DNA of 64,000 nt from assembly GCF_030028105.1 (NCBI RefSeq), contig NC_092370.1:215184005-215248004 (forward strand). Reading direction: 5' to 3'. This document shows, in pieces, positions 50,421 through 62,709 of this stretch (the first letter of the stretch is position 1; every line of letters begins with the position of its first letter). Origin of the DNA: Mobula birostris. Taxonomy: Eukaryota. Under the pieces are notes generated by a model, which saw only the letters and a list, made by a program, of their open reading frames with translations, had not been told where the DNA came from and did not search any database. The position numbers and the translations under genes are program-made.

Positions 50421-52293
50421 GGTGCATTTCCCCAAATTTTTGTTTCTACCAAAAATGTTAGAATGGACAAGTACAAGTATCCAGGGAAATTCATTTCCTT
50501 TATACCTAGCCATGACCATCTGATGCAGAGGTGAGACAGCAGAACATTGCAATACATAAAAACTGTAAATTAAAGAGAGAGAGTTTGTGTGTGTATATAA
50601 ATATATATAAATTAAATTAGTGCAAAAGAGAAAAAGAAGTAGATAAAGTAGTGAGGTAGTGTTCATGCATTCAATGTCTGTTCAGAAATATGATGGCAGA
50701 GAAGAAACTTTTCCTGAAAGGTTGAGTGTGTACCTCCTCCCTGATGATAGCAATGTGAAGAAGGCATTGAGTTTATTTGAGGATGCTCATTGGGAAAGGA
50801 AATGAAGAATGGAGTAAATCAAAGGGAAATCAACAGTAGAAAAGTTTAAAATGATTTTATTTTACAATAGGATATATAATAAATCCAGGAAAAGTTAAAT
50901 ACTTTTAAATACCTAAAGAAAAATAAATTGCAAAAAAAATCTAAAGACATCTTAAAGCAAAATTATGTAGGTTCTGCACATCTAAAAACAGAAAATGTTG
51001 GAAATACTCTACATGGTCAAGCAGCACAATAAAAAGACATTTGAAGTGGATAAATTTCTAGCAAAATAAATTAATTGAATGCTTGCATGTGGATTGTTCT
51101 TGAGGGAATTGAGAGGAAGTAGATATTACTATAATACAAAGCAAGAGATTTATTTCAACAATGCATAGGAGCCTTTACCATGAACATTCGTGGAAGACAA
51201 GCCCGAATGCCAACCTGGGGATGCTTGTGTGAACATTTCACTGTTTAAAATGATAATCACAATAAAGATGTACAAGCTGCTTTCAAAAATTAAGTAATAA
51301 ATGCAGAAATTGTTGGTAACTGCCAAACAATTAGCAACTAAAAGAATAATTTTCACAGGATAATCATAAACACAAGATATTCTGCAGATGCTGGAAATCC
51401 ATAGTAGCACAAACCAAATGCTGAAAGAACTCAGCAGGTCAAACTATGGAGAGGAGTAAAGAGCTGAGGCTTCGGACGAGGATCCTTTCTTCAGGACTTT
51501 TAAGGAAAGAGGAGGAGGCCAGAATAAGAAATTAGGGGGAGGGGAAGGAGTACAAGCTGGAAGGTGATAGGTGAAGTCAGGTGATGGGGAAGGTAGGTAG
51601 GAAGGGGAGTGCGACTGAAGTGAAAAAAATGGAAGTAGTTGGAAAAAGGGCTGAAGAAGGAATCTGGAAGGAGGGGAAAGTGAAGCAAGAGAGGAAAAAA
51701 AGAGGCACTAGGGGAACGTGAAGAGAAGGGGTAAGAAAGGAGCCAGAATAGGGAATGGGAAAGGAGAAAAGCAGGAAGGGGAAGGAAGAGGAAATTTGCA
51801 TTCCAGATTTATGGTGTTTGCTAATTGAATCTGATGCAATACAAGAATAATAGAATGTGGAGCTACAGGACAAAATAGGGGAGCGGAAATATTGGATAGC
51901 TCTACCAAAGACCTAGCATTTGTACTATTGATCACATGGTCCAAACAACACTATGCATTTAATAACAGAGTTAAGACAACCATATTCTCTAACTTCCGCT
52001 AATGCCCCACCTCCCCCTCGTACCCCATCCGTTATTTATTTTTATACACACATTCTTTCTCGCATTCTCCTTTTTCTCCCTCTGTCCCTCTGACTATACC
52101 CCTTGCCCATCCCCTGGGTCCCCCCCACCTTGTCTTTCTCCCTGGGCCTCCTGTCCCATGATCCTCTCATATCCCCTTTGCCAATCACCTGTCCAGCTCT
52201 TGGCTCCATCCCTCCCCCTCCTGTCTTCTCCTATCATTTTGGATCCCCCTCCCCCTCCCACTTTCAAATCTCTTACTAGCTCTTATTTCAGTT

Positions 52294-52329
52294 AGTCCTG
52301 ACGAAGGGTCTCGGCCTGAAACGTCGACT
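52294..52329 (+). ncRNA. Minimal type I hammerhead ribozyme in 5' repeat of the Penelope-like element
   Basis: agtc-CTGACGA-agggtctcggcct-GAAAC-GTC-gact. Confidence 0.75.
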
Positions 52330-55300
52330 GTACCTCTTCCTAGAGATGCTGCCTGGCCTGCTGCGTTCACCAGGAACTTCGATGTGTATTGCTTGAATTT
52401 CCAGCATCAGCAGAATTCCTGTTGTTTGCGTTTTTAAAATTCACTACTGTGAAGCCTCTTCCGGTGATGCCTACACCGAAGAAGTTTAGATCCTCACTTC
52501 GACGGGAGTTCAGTGAAACCATCCCTCACTGCTCCCCATCTGTAATTTCTTCGGCTCTTCAACTTTTTGACCACATTTTGACTCTGACTCGCTATCACAG
52601 CCATATATCCTTTCTTGGAACGTGCCTCCGCCGCCAACTTACTCCAGTTGGCTTTAGGATTCGTTTCCGAGCCTCTCAATTTTGACCTTCTGAGGATCCC
52701 AGGTACTCAGATTTTATTGACTCTGCCTCTCGTCGCTTCTTCCGTCAAACTCTGAAGGCGACTCTCTCCGCCATGAGGAGGTATTTGGTGTCCCTATCCC
52801 AGACCCTTCCACACCTTCGGGACACTTTCTTCGCCGTCTGTAATGGTCCTACCCGTTATTTCATCCTCCGTCGGATCCATGCCTGCAATCGCCGTTTATT
52901 TGACTTTGTCATGTTAGGCAAAGATTGCAAGATCCTACATTTACGGACTCCAGAGCCTGCCGGCCCTGAAACTAGCAGGCATGAACTTCAGATTGCCTTT
53001 GCCATTGATCTCACCGGCTCCAACACTTCAGGGCATATTCAAAACCCGGACTCCAGCAACGACCATGGACACCACAGCGATTGCGCAACCACCAACTGCG
53101 ACGCCAGCCTTGAACCCCAGCCCGGGTCTTTATGTGCTGCTATCGTGACTCCCGTCTCCCCTTCCCCCACCAATACCCTGCGATCCCGTCTCCTTCAGAT
53201 CCCATCGTCAGCTCCTGGGTACTCAGAGGCTCCATCTTCCTCTCACCTCATTGACACCCCTAGCCTCCCCCCTCCCCCCTGATCCCAGCTCTCAACCATG
53301 CCGGGTCTTTACCATCCCCTCCGACCTTCAACTGTCCTCAGTAGGGGCCTCACCTTTTTCTTCCTTCGCCCACATCTCAGTGAGTTCCCTGTTCGCCATG
53401 ATGCGGAAATCTTCTTCCGCCGTCTCCGTCTCCGAGCCTACTTCTTTGGCAAGGACTCTTCCACCCCCACCGATGACCCCTTCTCCCGTCTTCAACCCTC
53501 CTCTTCTTCATGGACACCCCGCTCTGGTCTTCTGCCTGCTCTGGATCTCTTTATCGCTAACTGCCGACGGGACATCAACCGTCCCGACTTCACCGCACCT
53601 TCTTCCCATTCCAACCTCACTCCTTCAGAACACTCTGCTCTCCACTCCCTAAGAAACTAATCCTAACCTTATTATTAAACCTGCCGATAAGGGGGGTGCT
53701 GTTGTAGTCTGGTGCACTGACCTCTACGTTGCCGAGGCACAGCGACAACTCGCGGATACCTCCTCTTATTTACCCCTCGATCGTGACCCCACTAAGGAGC
53801 ACCAGGCCATTGTCTCCCACACCATCACCGACTTTATCCACTCAGGGGATCTCCCATCCACTGCTACCAACCTTATAGTTCCCACACCTCGCACTTCCCG
53901 TTTCGACCTCCTACCCAAGATCCACAAACCTGCCTGTTCTGGCAGACCTATTGTCTCAGCTTGCTCATGCCCCACCGAACTCGTTTCTGCGTACCTCAAC
54001 ACTGTTTTATCTCCCCTTGTTCAATCCCTTCCTACCTATGTTCGTGACACCTCTCACGCTCTTAAACTTTTCTATGATTTTAAGTTCCCTGGCCCCCACC
54101 GCTTTATTTTTACTATGGATGTCCAGTCCCTATATACTTCCATCCCCCATCAGGAAGGTCTCAAAGCTCTACGCTTCTTTTTGGATTCCAGACCTAATCA
54201 GTTCCCCTCTACCATCACTCTGCTCCATCTAGCGGAATTAGTCCTTACTCCTAATAATTTCTCCTTTGGGTCCTCCCACTTCCTCCAAACTAAAGGTGTA
54301 GCTATGGGCATGCCTGCCTTTTTGTTGGCTTTGTGGAACAATCTATGTTCCGTGCCTATTCTGGCATCTGTCCCCCACTTTTCCTTCGCTACATCGACGA
54401 CTGCATTGGCGCTGCTTCCTGCACGCATGCTGAGCTCGTTGACTGTATTAACTTTGCCTCCAACTTTCACCCTGCCCTCAAGTTTACCTGGTCCATTTCT
54501 GACACCTCCCTCCCCTTTCTAGATCTTTCTGTCTCTGTCTCTGGAGACAGCTTATCCACTGATGTCTTCTATAAGCCTACTGACTCTCACAGCTATCTGG
54601 ACTATTCCTCTTCTCACCCTGTCGCTTGCAAAAATGCCATCCCCTTCTCGCAATTCCTCCATCTCCGCCACATCTGCTCTCAGGATGAGGCTTTTCATTC
54701 CAGGACGAGGGAGATGTCCTCCTTTTGTCCTCCACTATCAACTCTGCTCTCAAACGCATCTCCCCCATTTCACGCACATCTGCTCTCACTCCATCCTCCC
54801 GCCACCCCACTAGGAATAGGGTTCCCCTGGTCCTCACCTACCACCCCACCAGCCTCCGGGTCCAACATATTATTCTCCGTAACTTCCCCCACCTCCAACG
54901 GGATCCCACCACTAAGCACATCTTTTCCTCCCCCGCTCGCTCTGCTTTCCGCAGGGATCGCTCCCTACGTGACTCCCTTGTCCATTCGTCCCCCCCCCAT
55001 CCCTCCCCACTGATCTCCCTCCTGGCACTTATCCTTGTAACCAGAACAAGTGCTACACATGCCCTTGCACTTCCTCCCTTACCACCATTCAGGGCCCCAG
55101 ACAGTCCTTCCAGGTGAGGCGACACTTCACCTGTGAGTCGGCTGGGGTGATATACTGCGTCCGGTGCTCCCAATGTGGCCTTCTATATATTGGCGAGACC
55201 TGACGCAGACTGGGAGACCGCTTTGCTGAACACCTACGCTCTGTCCACCAGAGAAAGCAGGATCTCCCAGTGGCCACACATTTTAATTCCACATCCCATT

Positions 55301-55724
55301 CCCATTCTGACATGGCTATCCACAGCCTCCTCTACTGTAAAGATGAAGCCACACTCAGGTTGGAGGAACAACACCTTATATTCCCTCTGAGTAGCCTCCA
55401 ACCTGATGGCATGAACATCGACTTCTCTAACTTCCGCTAATGACCCACCTCCCCCTCGTACCCCATCCGTTATTTATTTTTATACACATTCTTTCTCTCA
55501 CTGTCCTTTTTCTCCCTCTGACTATACCCCTTGCCCATCCTCTGGGTTCCCCCCCCCCTTGTCTTTCTCCCTGGGCCTCCTGTCCCATGATCCTCTCATA
55601 TCCCCTTTGCCAATCACCTGTCCAGCTCTTGGCTCCATCCCTCCCCCTCCTGTCTTCTCCTATCATTTTGGATCTCCCCCTCCCCCTCCCCCTTTCAAAT
55701 CTCTTACTAACTCTTCCTTCAGTT

Positions 55725-55760
55725 AGTCCTGACGAAGGGTCTTGGCCTGAAACGTCGACT
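55725..55760 (+). ncRNA. Minimal type I hammerhead ribozyme in 3' repeat of the Penelope-like element
   Basis: agtc-CTGACGA-agggtcttggcct-GAAAC-GTC-gact. Confidence 0.75.
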
Positions 55761-56679
55761 GTACCTCTTCCTAGAGATGCTGCCTGGCCTGCTGCGTTCA
55801 CCAGCAACTTTGATGTGTGTTGCTTGAATTTCCAGCATCTGCAGAATTTCTGTTGTGTACAACCATATTTAGTGCTGGAGTAACTCTTGAAAAGAGAATT
55901 AACACTTCTACTTTTTCCCCACTATTGCCTTCCAGTTTTTCCACATCATCTCCCTCTTACCTGTCTTCCTTCACACCTGGATACCCCATCACCTTCCAGC
56001 TTGTACTCCTTCCTTATTCTGGCTTTTTCCCCCTTTCAACTGATAAGACTATCTAAACTTAAGCTTCAAAGATGCTATTTGAATTAAAACTGACTGCTCA
56101 CTCTTGCCATGTAGTATCCTGCTATACATAGTTATTTATTACAAGAATCAGAATCACAAATTTTATTTTTTTTAAAAAAGGATTTATTTTTGCACCACTC
56201 AGCAGTGTTAACATGGTGTACAGTTGCAAAGAAAACAGATTTAGAAAATGGAAGGTCAAATAGAGATGTTATAAAATGGATGTTTTTCCTGCCTAAAAGA
56301 TTAATTCTAAAAAGGACTAAATTCACTTGTATATTTCAAATTGTAATGTTTAGATGGCTTCATTAATTAATAAAACACATAATAATCCTGGGCTTCAACT
56401 ACTAAGAGGTAATAAGGACGAAAGAATAGTTTTCATCAGTAAAAAAAACTATTGCAAAGAAGTGTATATTAAATGAGTTCACAGGAATCATAACCTGAAG
56501 AACTATGATTTACAACTTTTCTCTTGTGTGCTGTAACCAATTTTCAGCTGACCTTCTTTACAGGGAAATTTTGGACTGAACTTTCTCTTAACAATTGTAG
56601 GGTTACTTTTGCTTTGGCTTAAGCATGCCACAATGGAACAAATTTCACCAAGTTACTTTAAGACCTTTTCCTTATTACT

Positions 56680-57745
56680 TTCCTGTGCAACTGGACCCTA
56701 GATTTGCTAACTTGCAGACACGAGAGAGTTTGGGTTGGCAACACATCTCCACAGGTACAGCTTCTGCTCTACTTGCTTTATACTTTTGACTGAGAGGTTG
56801 GGCACAGCTCCAATGCCAATACTGTTGTTGGCTGAATCAAAGGTGGTGACAAATCAGCATGTAGGAGGGAGACTGAAAATCTGGCTGAGTGGTGCCACAA
56901 CAACTACCTTTCACTCAACGTCAGTAAGACCAAGGAGCTGGTTATTGACCTCAGGAGGAGGAAACAGGAGGTCTATGAGCCAGTTCTCATTGGGGGATCA
57001 GAAGTGAAGCGAGCCAGCAACTTTAAATTTATCAGCACTATCATTTCAGGGGATTTGTCCTGGTCTGAGCATGCAAGTGCAATTAAGAAGAAAGCACAGC
57101 AGCATCTCTACTTGGAAGTTTGCAAAGATTTGGCATGATATACAAAACTGACAAACTTTGATAGATGTGTGGCAACTGACTGTATCACATCCTGGTAAGG
57201 AATCACCAATGCCCTTGAATGGAAAAGCCTTCAAAAATTAGTGGATACAGCCCATTCCATCAAAGGTAAGGCCTTCCCTACCAGTGAGCACATCTACACT
57301 GAGCGCTGTCGCAGGAAAGCAGCATCCATCAAGGACCCCCACCACCCTGGCCATGTTCTCTTCTCGATGCAGCCATCAGGAAGGTGGTACAGGAACCTCA
57401 GGACCCACACCAACCAGGTGCATAAACAGTTATTACCCTACAACTCTCAGGCTCCTGAACTAGTGGGGATAACTTCACTCCTCCCATCACCGAACTGTTC
57501 CCACAACTAATGAACTCACTTGTAAGGATTCTTCATCTTACATTCTCAATATTTATTGCTTATTTATTATTTTTTCTTTTGTAATTGCAGATTTGCACAT
57601 TGGTTGTTTGTTCAGCCAGTCGGGTGTAGTCTTTCATTGATTTTATGTTTCTTGAATTTTCTGAATATATCCACAAGAAAACAAACCTCAGGGCTGGATA
57701 TGGTGACATACAATATATGTACTTTGATAATAAATTTACTTTGAA
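56680..57745 (+). mobile_element. Rex1/Babar LINE 3' fragment
   Basis: LNVSKTKELVID, RKAASIKDPHHPGHVLFSMQPSGRWYRN and the family tail. Confidence 0.75.
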
Positions 57746-58132
57746 CATCAAATATAATATTGATATAGTAATACAACCAATTTCCATTAAGGAAAGCCAT
57801 TTGATTCAAATAATTGCATTCTTCTAGAACAGAGTGACCTTCTCTACCCCAAAAATAATTCCCTTAAATTCACAGGCTTACCCTGTTTTGTTCCTGACAA
57901 TCCATGGTAACTATTGTTCACCTGACACCCTAAGACTAAGAAAAAAAAATTCTAGTGTTCACCATAAATTTATTATACTGGGACTTAAAATGGCACATTT
58001 GTATGAACATTTTATGATACTGCTAGCAGATTATAGCTATTAGAAATCCCTTTAATAGAAACTGATCTGAAAATTGCATTGAACTGCTCTTACAAAAACA
58101 ATGTTTAATTTTGAACAAAGTAGTCTAAAGTA

Positions 58133-59729
58133 CAAACCCCATTTCCAGCAAAGTTGGGATATTTTCCAAAATGCAATAAAAACAAAAATCTGTGATAAGT
58201 TAATTCACGTGAACCTTTATTTAACTGACAGAAGTACAAAGAAAAGATTTTCAATCGCTTTTACTGACCAACTTAATTATATTTTGTAAACATACACAAA
58301 TTTAGAATTTGATGGTTGCAACACACTCAACAAAAGTTGGGACAGAGGCATATTTACCATTGTGTTACATCACCTTTCCTGTTAATAACACTTTTTAATC
58401 ATTTTGGAACTGAGGATACTAATTGTAGTAGATTTGCAATTGGAAATTTTGTCCATTCTTGCTTGATATAAGACTTCAGCTGCTCAACAGTCCGTGGTCT
58501 CCGTTGTCTGATTCTCCTCTTCATGATGCGCCATACATTTTCAATAGGAGATAGATCTGGACTGGCAGCAGGCCAGTCAAGCACACACACTGTGTCTACA
58601 AAGCCACGCTGTTGTAGCCCACGCAGAATGTGGTCTGGCATTGCCCAGCTGAAATAAGCATGGACGTCCCAGGAAGAGACATCGCCTTGATGACAACATA
58701 TGTCTCTCTCAAATCCTAATATACGCCTGAGTCAATGGTACCTTCACATACATGCAACTCACCCATGCGGTGGGCACTGATGCACCCCCATACCATCACA
58801 GATGCTGGCTTTTGCACCTTTCGCTGATAACAATCTGGATGGTCATTTTCAACTTTGGCACGGAGAACTCGACGCCCATTTTTTCTGAAAACTAGCTGAA
58901 ATGTGGACTCATCTGACCACAGCACGTGGTTCCACAGTCTTTCAGTCCATCTGAGATGAGCTCGGGCCCAGAGAACTCACCGGCGTTTCTGCATAGAGTT
59001 GATGTATGGCTTCCTCTTTACGTAATACAGTTTCAAGTTGCATTTCTGGATGCAGCGACAGACTGTGTTGAGTGACAATGGTTTTCCAAAGTACTCCCGA
59101 GCCCAGGTGGCTATAATTGTCACAGTAGCATGACGGTTTCTTAGGCAGTGCTGCCTGAGGGCTCGAAGATCACGCGCATTCAACAGCGGTTTCCAACCTG
59201 GCCCTTTACGCACTGAGATGTCTCTGAATTCTCTGAATCTTTTCACAATATTATGTACTGTAGATGTTGAAAGACCTAAATTCTCTGCAATCTTGTGTTG
59301 AGGAATGTTCCTTTTGAACTAACAATCCTCTCACGAATTTTGGCACAAAGGGGTGAGCCACGACCCATCCTTGCTTGCAAAGACTGAGCCTTTGATGGAT
59401 GCTACTTTTATACCCAGTCATGATACCTCACCTGCTACCAATTTGCCTGCTTAATGTGGAGTCTTCCAAACTGGTGTTACTTGAACATTCTGTGCACTTT
59501 TCAATCTTATTTTAACTCTGTCCCAACTTTTGTTGAGTGTGTTGCAGCCATCAAATGCTAAATTTGTGTATGTTTACAAAATACAATTAAGTTGGTCAGT
59601 AAAATTATTGAAAGTCTTTTCTTTGTACTTTTGTCAGTTAAATAAACGTTCACATGAATTAACATATCACAGATGTTTGTTTTTATTGCATTTTGGAAAA
59701 TATCCCAACTTATCTGGAAATGGGGTTTG
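58133..59729 (-). mobile_element. Full-length Tc1 transposon (1597 bp), defective transposase ~59368-58354
   Basis: ~215-bp TIRs (58133-58347 / 59516-59729) with AAAGTTGGGA direct repeats; TA TSD on both sides; MGRGSPLCAKIRE..., WSDESTF, SVMVWGC, WPAASPDLSPIENVW, RKGDVTQW*; frameshifts. Confidence 0.94.
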
Positions 59730-60253
59730 TAGTTAGGAAATATCTGCAATATCCCATTGCTTACTAAGTTTAAGATGACTAATAACATTCACGAAACAAC
59801 TGACACTTATGCATGAAAAGTCAAGACTCCCAGATATGCAATGATACTTTAATTTAATCCAAAAAAAATACTTCTTTGAAGTTAACCTCTTAGAATTACA
59901 AGTACACTAGCGTACTTTGAAATTAATTACATATTTTCTCAGTAACTTTCCAAAAATTTACGTTAGCACAAAATTGGCAATTAAGAAACTATACCAGTAG
60001 TATTCTGTAACACTTTAAAGACATTTTTCCCTATTAACAAATTAAAGGAGAATTTTAAAAAAAGTTCCAAAAAGATACGAGAATTCATTTATGTGAATAC
60101 AAACCATGCCTGACCTCAAGTATTTTTCATTAAACATTTTCCCCAGCTTTATTCATTGAAAAAAAATTCCACAATTTTGGGTGACATCCATTAAAACGCA
60201 GTATTCTTAAACAAAAAGAGAAATTCTTCATGCCCATGGTAAGTACCAGAAAA

Positions 60254-60310
60254 TTATGTAGAAGGTGGTGGATAATACTGCCCATAGTTCCAGGGTGTCT
60301 GATAGTTGTA
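60254..60310 (-). CDS. PRPF39: PRPF39 last coding exon
   Basis: Pyrimidine tract + cag|YNYQTPWNYGQYYPPPST*, matching the PRPF39 C-terminus as I recall it (YNYQNPWNYGQYYPPPPT); synteny with FKBP3; AATAAA (minus) at 60148-60153. Upstream exons not found inside the window. Confidence 0.88.
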   Translation of the reverse strand, partial: YNYQTPWNYGQYYPPPST

Positions 60311-60839
60311 CTGTTGGAGAAGAAAACAAATACTGGTTAAATACTTAGCAACAGTAATTTGTAATTTCCCGAAACAATGATCAAAAATAGATGGTGGCCA
60401 TTCCAGTTTGTGCTTCCAATATGAAGTTTAGGTATTCCAATCAAAATCAACATTCAACTGTACACAAAAGTCTATCTGAAATGTCAATGTTGTAGCACTA
60501 ACTTTTGATGAGAAACCCTCATTTTCCAATGATATCATCTCCCACACAATATCTATTTGTATTAAATGAGAGGAAGTTTTTAAGTGCTAAGCAAGTCAGA
60601 GACAGGGCAGTCAGCTTCAACAGATGGGCTACTGGTTACGGCCCACCATATCTGAATGGTGTCAAGCCTACAGTTGCACTCAAGATAAAGATCAGCTTTA
60701 TTTGTCACATGTACATTGAAACATATAGTGAGAGGCATTACTTGCTTCAAATCAAGCCAATGACAATTGTGTTGGGCAGCCCGCAAGTATTGCCGCACTT
60801 CCAGCAGTAACATAGCATACCGACAACTCAGTAACACTG

Positions 60840-60996
60840 ACCAGATATCTTTGGCATGTTGGAGGAAACTGGAGCACTCTCGTGAAAGCCACTCTGTCAT
60901 GGGAAGAACTTACAGGTAGTGGTGGAATTGAACTCTGATCGGTGATCACTAGCACTGTAACATTGTTACGCTAACCACTATGCTATCATACTGCCC
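60840..60996 (-). mobile_element. tRNA-derived V-SINE (HE1-like)
   Basis: A-box TAGCATAGTGGTT, B-box GAGTTCAATTCC, V-domain-like gtgctccagtttcctccaacatgccaaaga. Confidence 0.65.
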
Positions 60997-62709
60997 TGCC
61001 ACTCATCAAGAACTACATACTTCTAACCTGCAGCTTGTAAGTATTTAGAAAGCCAAATTACAAGTTGACACAAAATTACCAGCTTTGACTTCTAATTATG
61101 ACAATGACTGGTTGGGATTGAGTTGTAAGACAGTGGTAATCCTGCTAGATGTCGTTGGGGAATTGGGCACATTATAAGGGAATGATGTTGGAGGCAACTT
61201 GTCTGTGCAAATATCACTTGTGATGCACAAGTTCACATACAACTTGCGTTGCATTTGCATTGTCTGATGAAGTGTAATTAGAACTGAACACTGAACTCAG
61301 CCATAAAGCCTTGCTTTGGAATAGATGGAAATGGCCATTGTTGAATCAATTAAAGACCGATGATGTTAGATTCTGCTCCGAGGGATTCCTCAACAAAACC
61401 TTATTAAACGTGAATCAAACAAAAATTAAGGCTGATGCCTCTGTTTTAAAGGACTTCATGAGGTCAAAATGGTTCATTTAACAGCTGCAAGCTTTAAGTG
61501 CCTCCATCACCTCTTCTGCACTCAGTTGCCGATAAGTTGGACTTCAAAGACGACAGGATATTTATAAAGCATTAATCTGACAGAAACAGCATTAATGATT
61601 TGTTTTTCCTATCTCAACTCATACTACCCCAAGATGCTTTATTCGTTCACAGTAAATACAATGAAACACAATAGAATCAATGCAAAATTACACACAAAGA
61701 TGGCATGCAACTACTGTGCAAAAGACAACCAATTAGAAAATAATAATAAAGCAATAATAAAAAATATTGAGACCATGAATTGTGGAGTTCTTGAAAATTA
61801 GACCAAAGGTTGGGGAATCAGTTCAATGTTGGGGTGAGGGGAAGTTATCGACTCTGGTTCAGGAACCTGATGATTCAGGTGTAATAACTGTTCCTGAACC
61901 TGGTGGTGTGGGACCAAAGACTTCTGTATGTCCTTCCTGATGACAGCAGTGAGGAGAGCATGGCCTGGATGGGGGGGGGGGTGGTCGTTGATATTGGATG
62001 CTACCCTCCTGTGCAGTGCTCCTTATGGATGTGGTAGTGGGGGGGGGGGGACTTCACCAATGATGGATTGGATATGTCCACCATTTATAGACACCCAGTG
62101 ATTTTTTTGGTGTACATTTCAATTTATGAACTTTCGTAAAAATGGCACTGGCTCACAAGGTTTCTACAAGGCTCTGGAGTACCTGACAACTGCAATACAT
62201 ACAGCAGGCTGCTCGTTGAGTATAGTTCTGTGTTAAGCACCATAATCCCCTTAGAGCTCATCAATAAACTTTAAAACCTGGGCCTCTGTATCTTTCTCTA
62301 CAACTCAATCTTTGCCTTCACGCTCATCAGGAAACAACAGCCTGTGTGGATTGGTAATAATAGCACCTCTTAACTGACAATCAACAAAGGCACAAAGACG
62401 CATGCTTAGCCCACTCCTCTACTCATGACCGAGAGGTTACACACAGCTCAAACACCATTTATAAATTTGCCGATAACCACTGATGGCAGAATCTCATAGC
62501 ACCAAGGAGGCATGCAAAAGTGAGCTTGATTGGCTGGCTGAGTGGTGTTGCAACAACCTTGCTCTCAACATCAGCAAGACCAAGGAACAGATTGTGCAGG
62601 GAAGTCAGGAAAGGATGAGTAACTCCAAATTCCTGTGCAACACAGTAGTGCAGCAGCTAGTGGGACGCTATTACAGTCGGAGTTCAGAGTTCAATTCTGG
62701 CACCCAGAA

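Larger units (their letters stand above)
51987..55858 (+). mobile_element. Near-complete Penelope-like retroelement (probably Neptune-type; RT + GIY-YIG) with ~430-bp direct terminal repeats
   Basis: Disrupted ORF ~52467-55440: KPADKGGAVVV, LPKIHK, GRPIVS, MDVQSLYTSIPH, GVAMG, RYIDD, PFLD, Cys linker CNQNKCYTCP, VIYCVRCSQCGLLYIGET, GMNIDFSNFR*. Repeats at 51985-52425 and 55423-55856; 11-bp TSD ACAACCATATT (51976-51986 / 55859-55869). Confidence 0.92.

Noticed and set aside
51150-51245. Minus-strand exon-like segment (aacag|...ATG|gtaaag)
   Set aside because: Weak splice signals, no recognisable peptide and no partner exon that I could link.
61020-61570. Unique sequence searched for the penultimate PRPF39 exon
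   Set aside because: No YNYSAWYQ-like coding segment or sustained open frame on the minus strand; that exon probably lies beyond the window.
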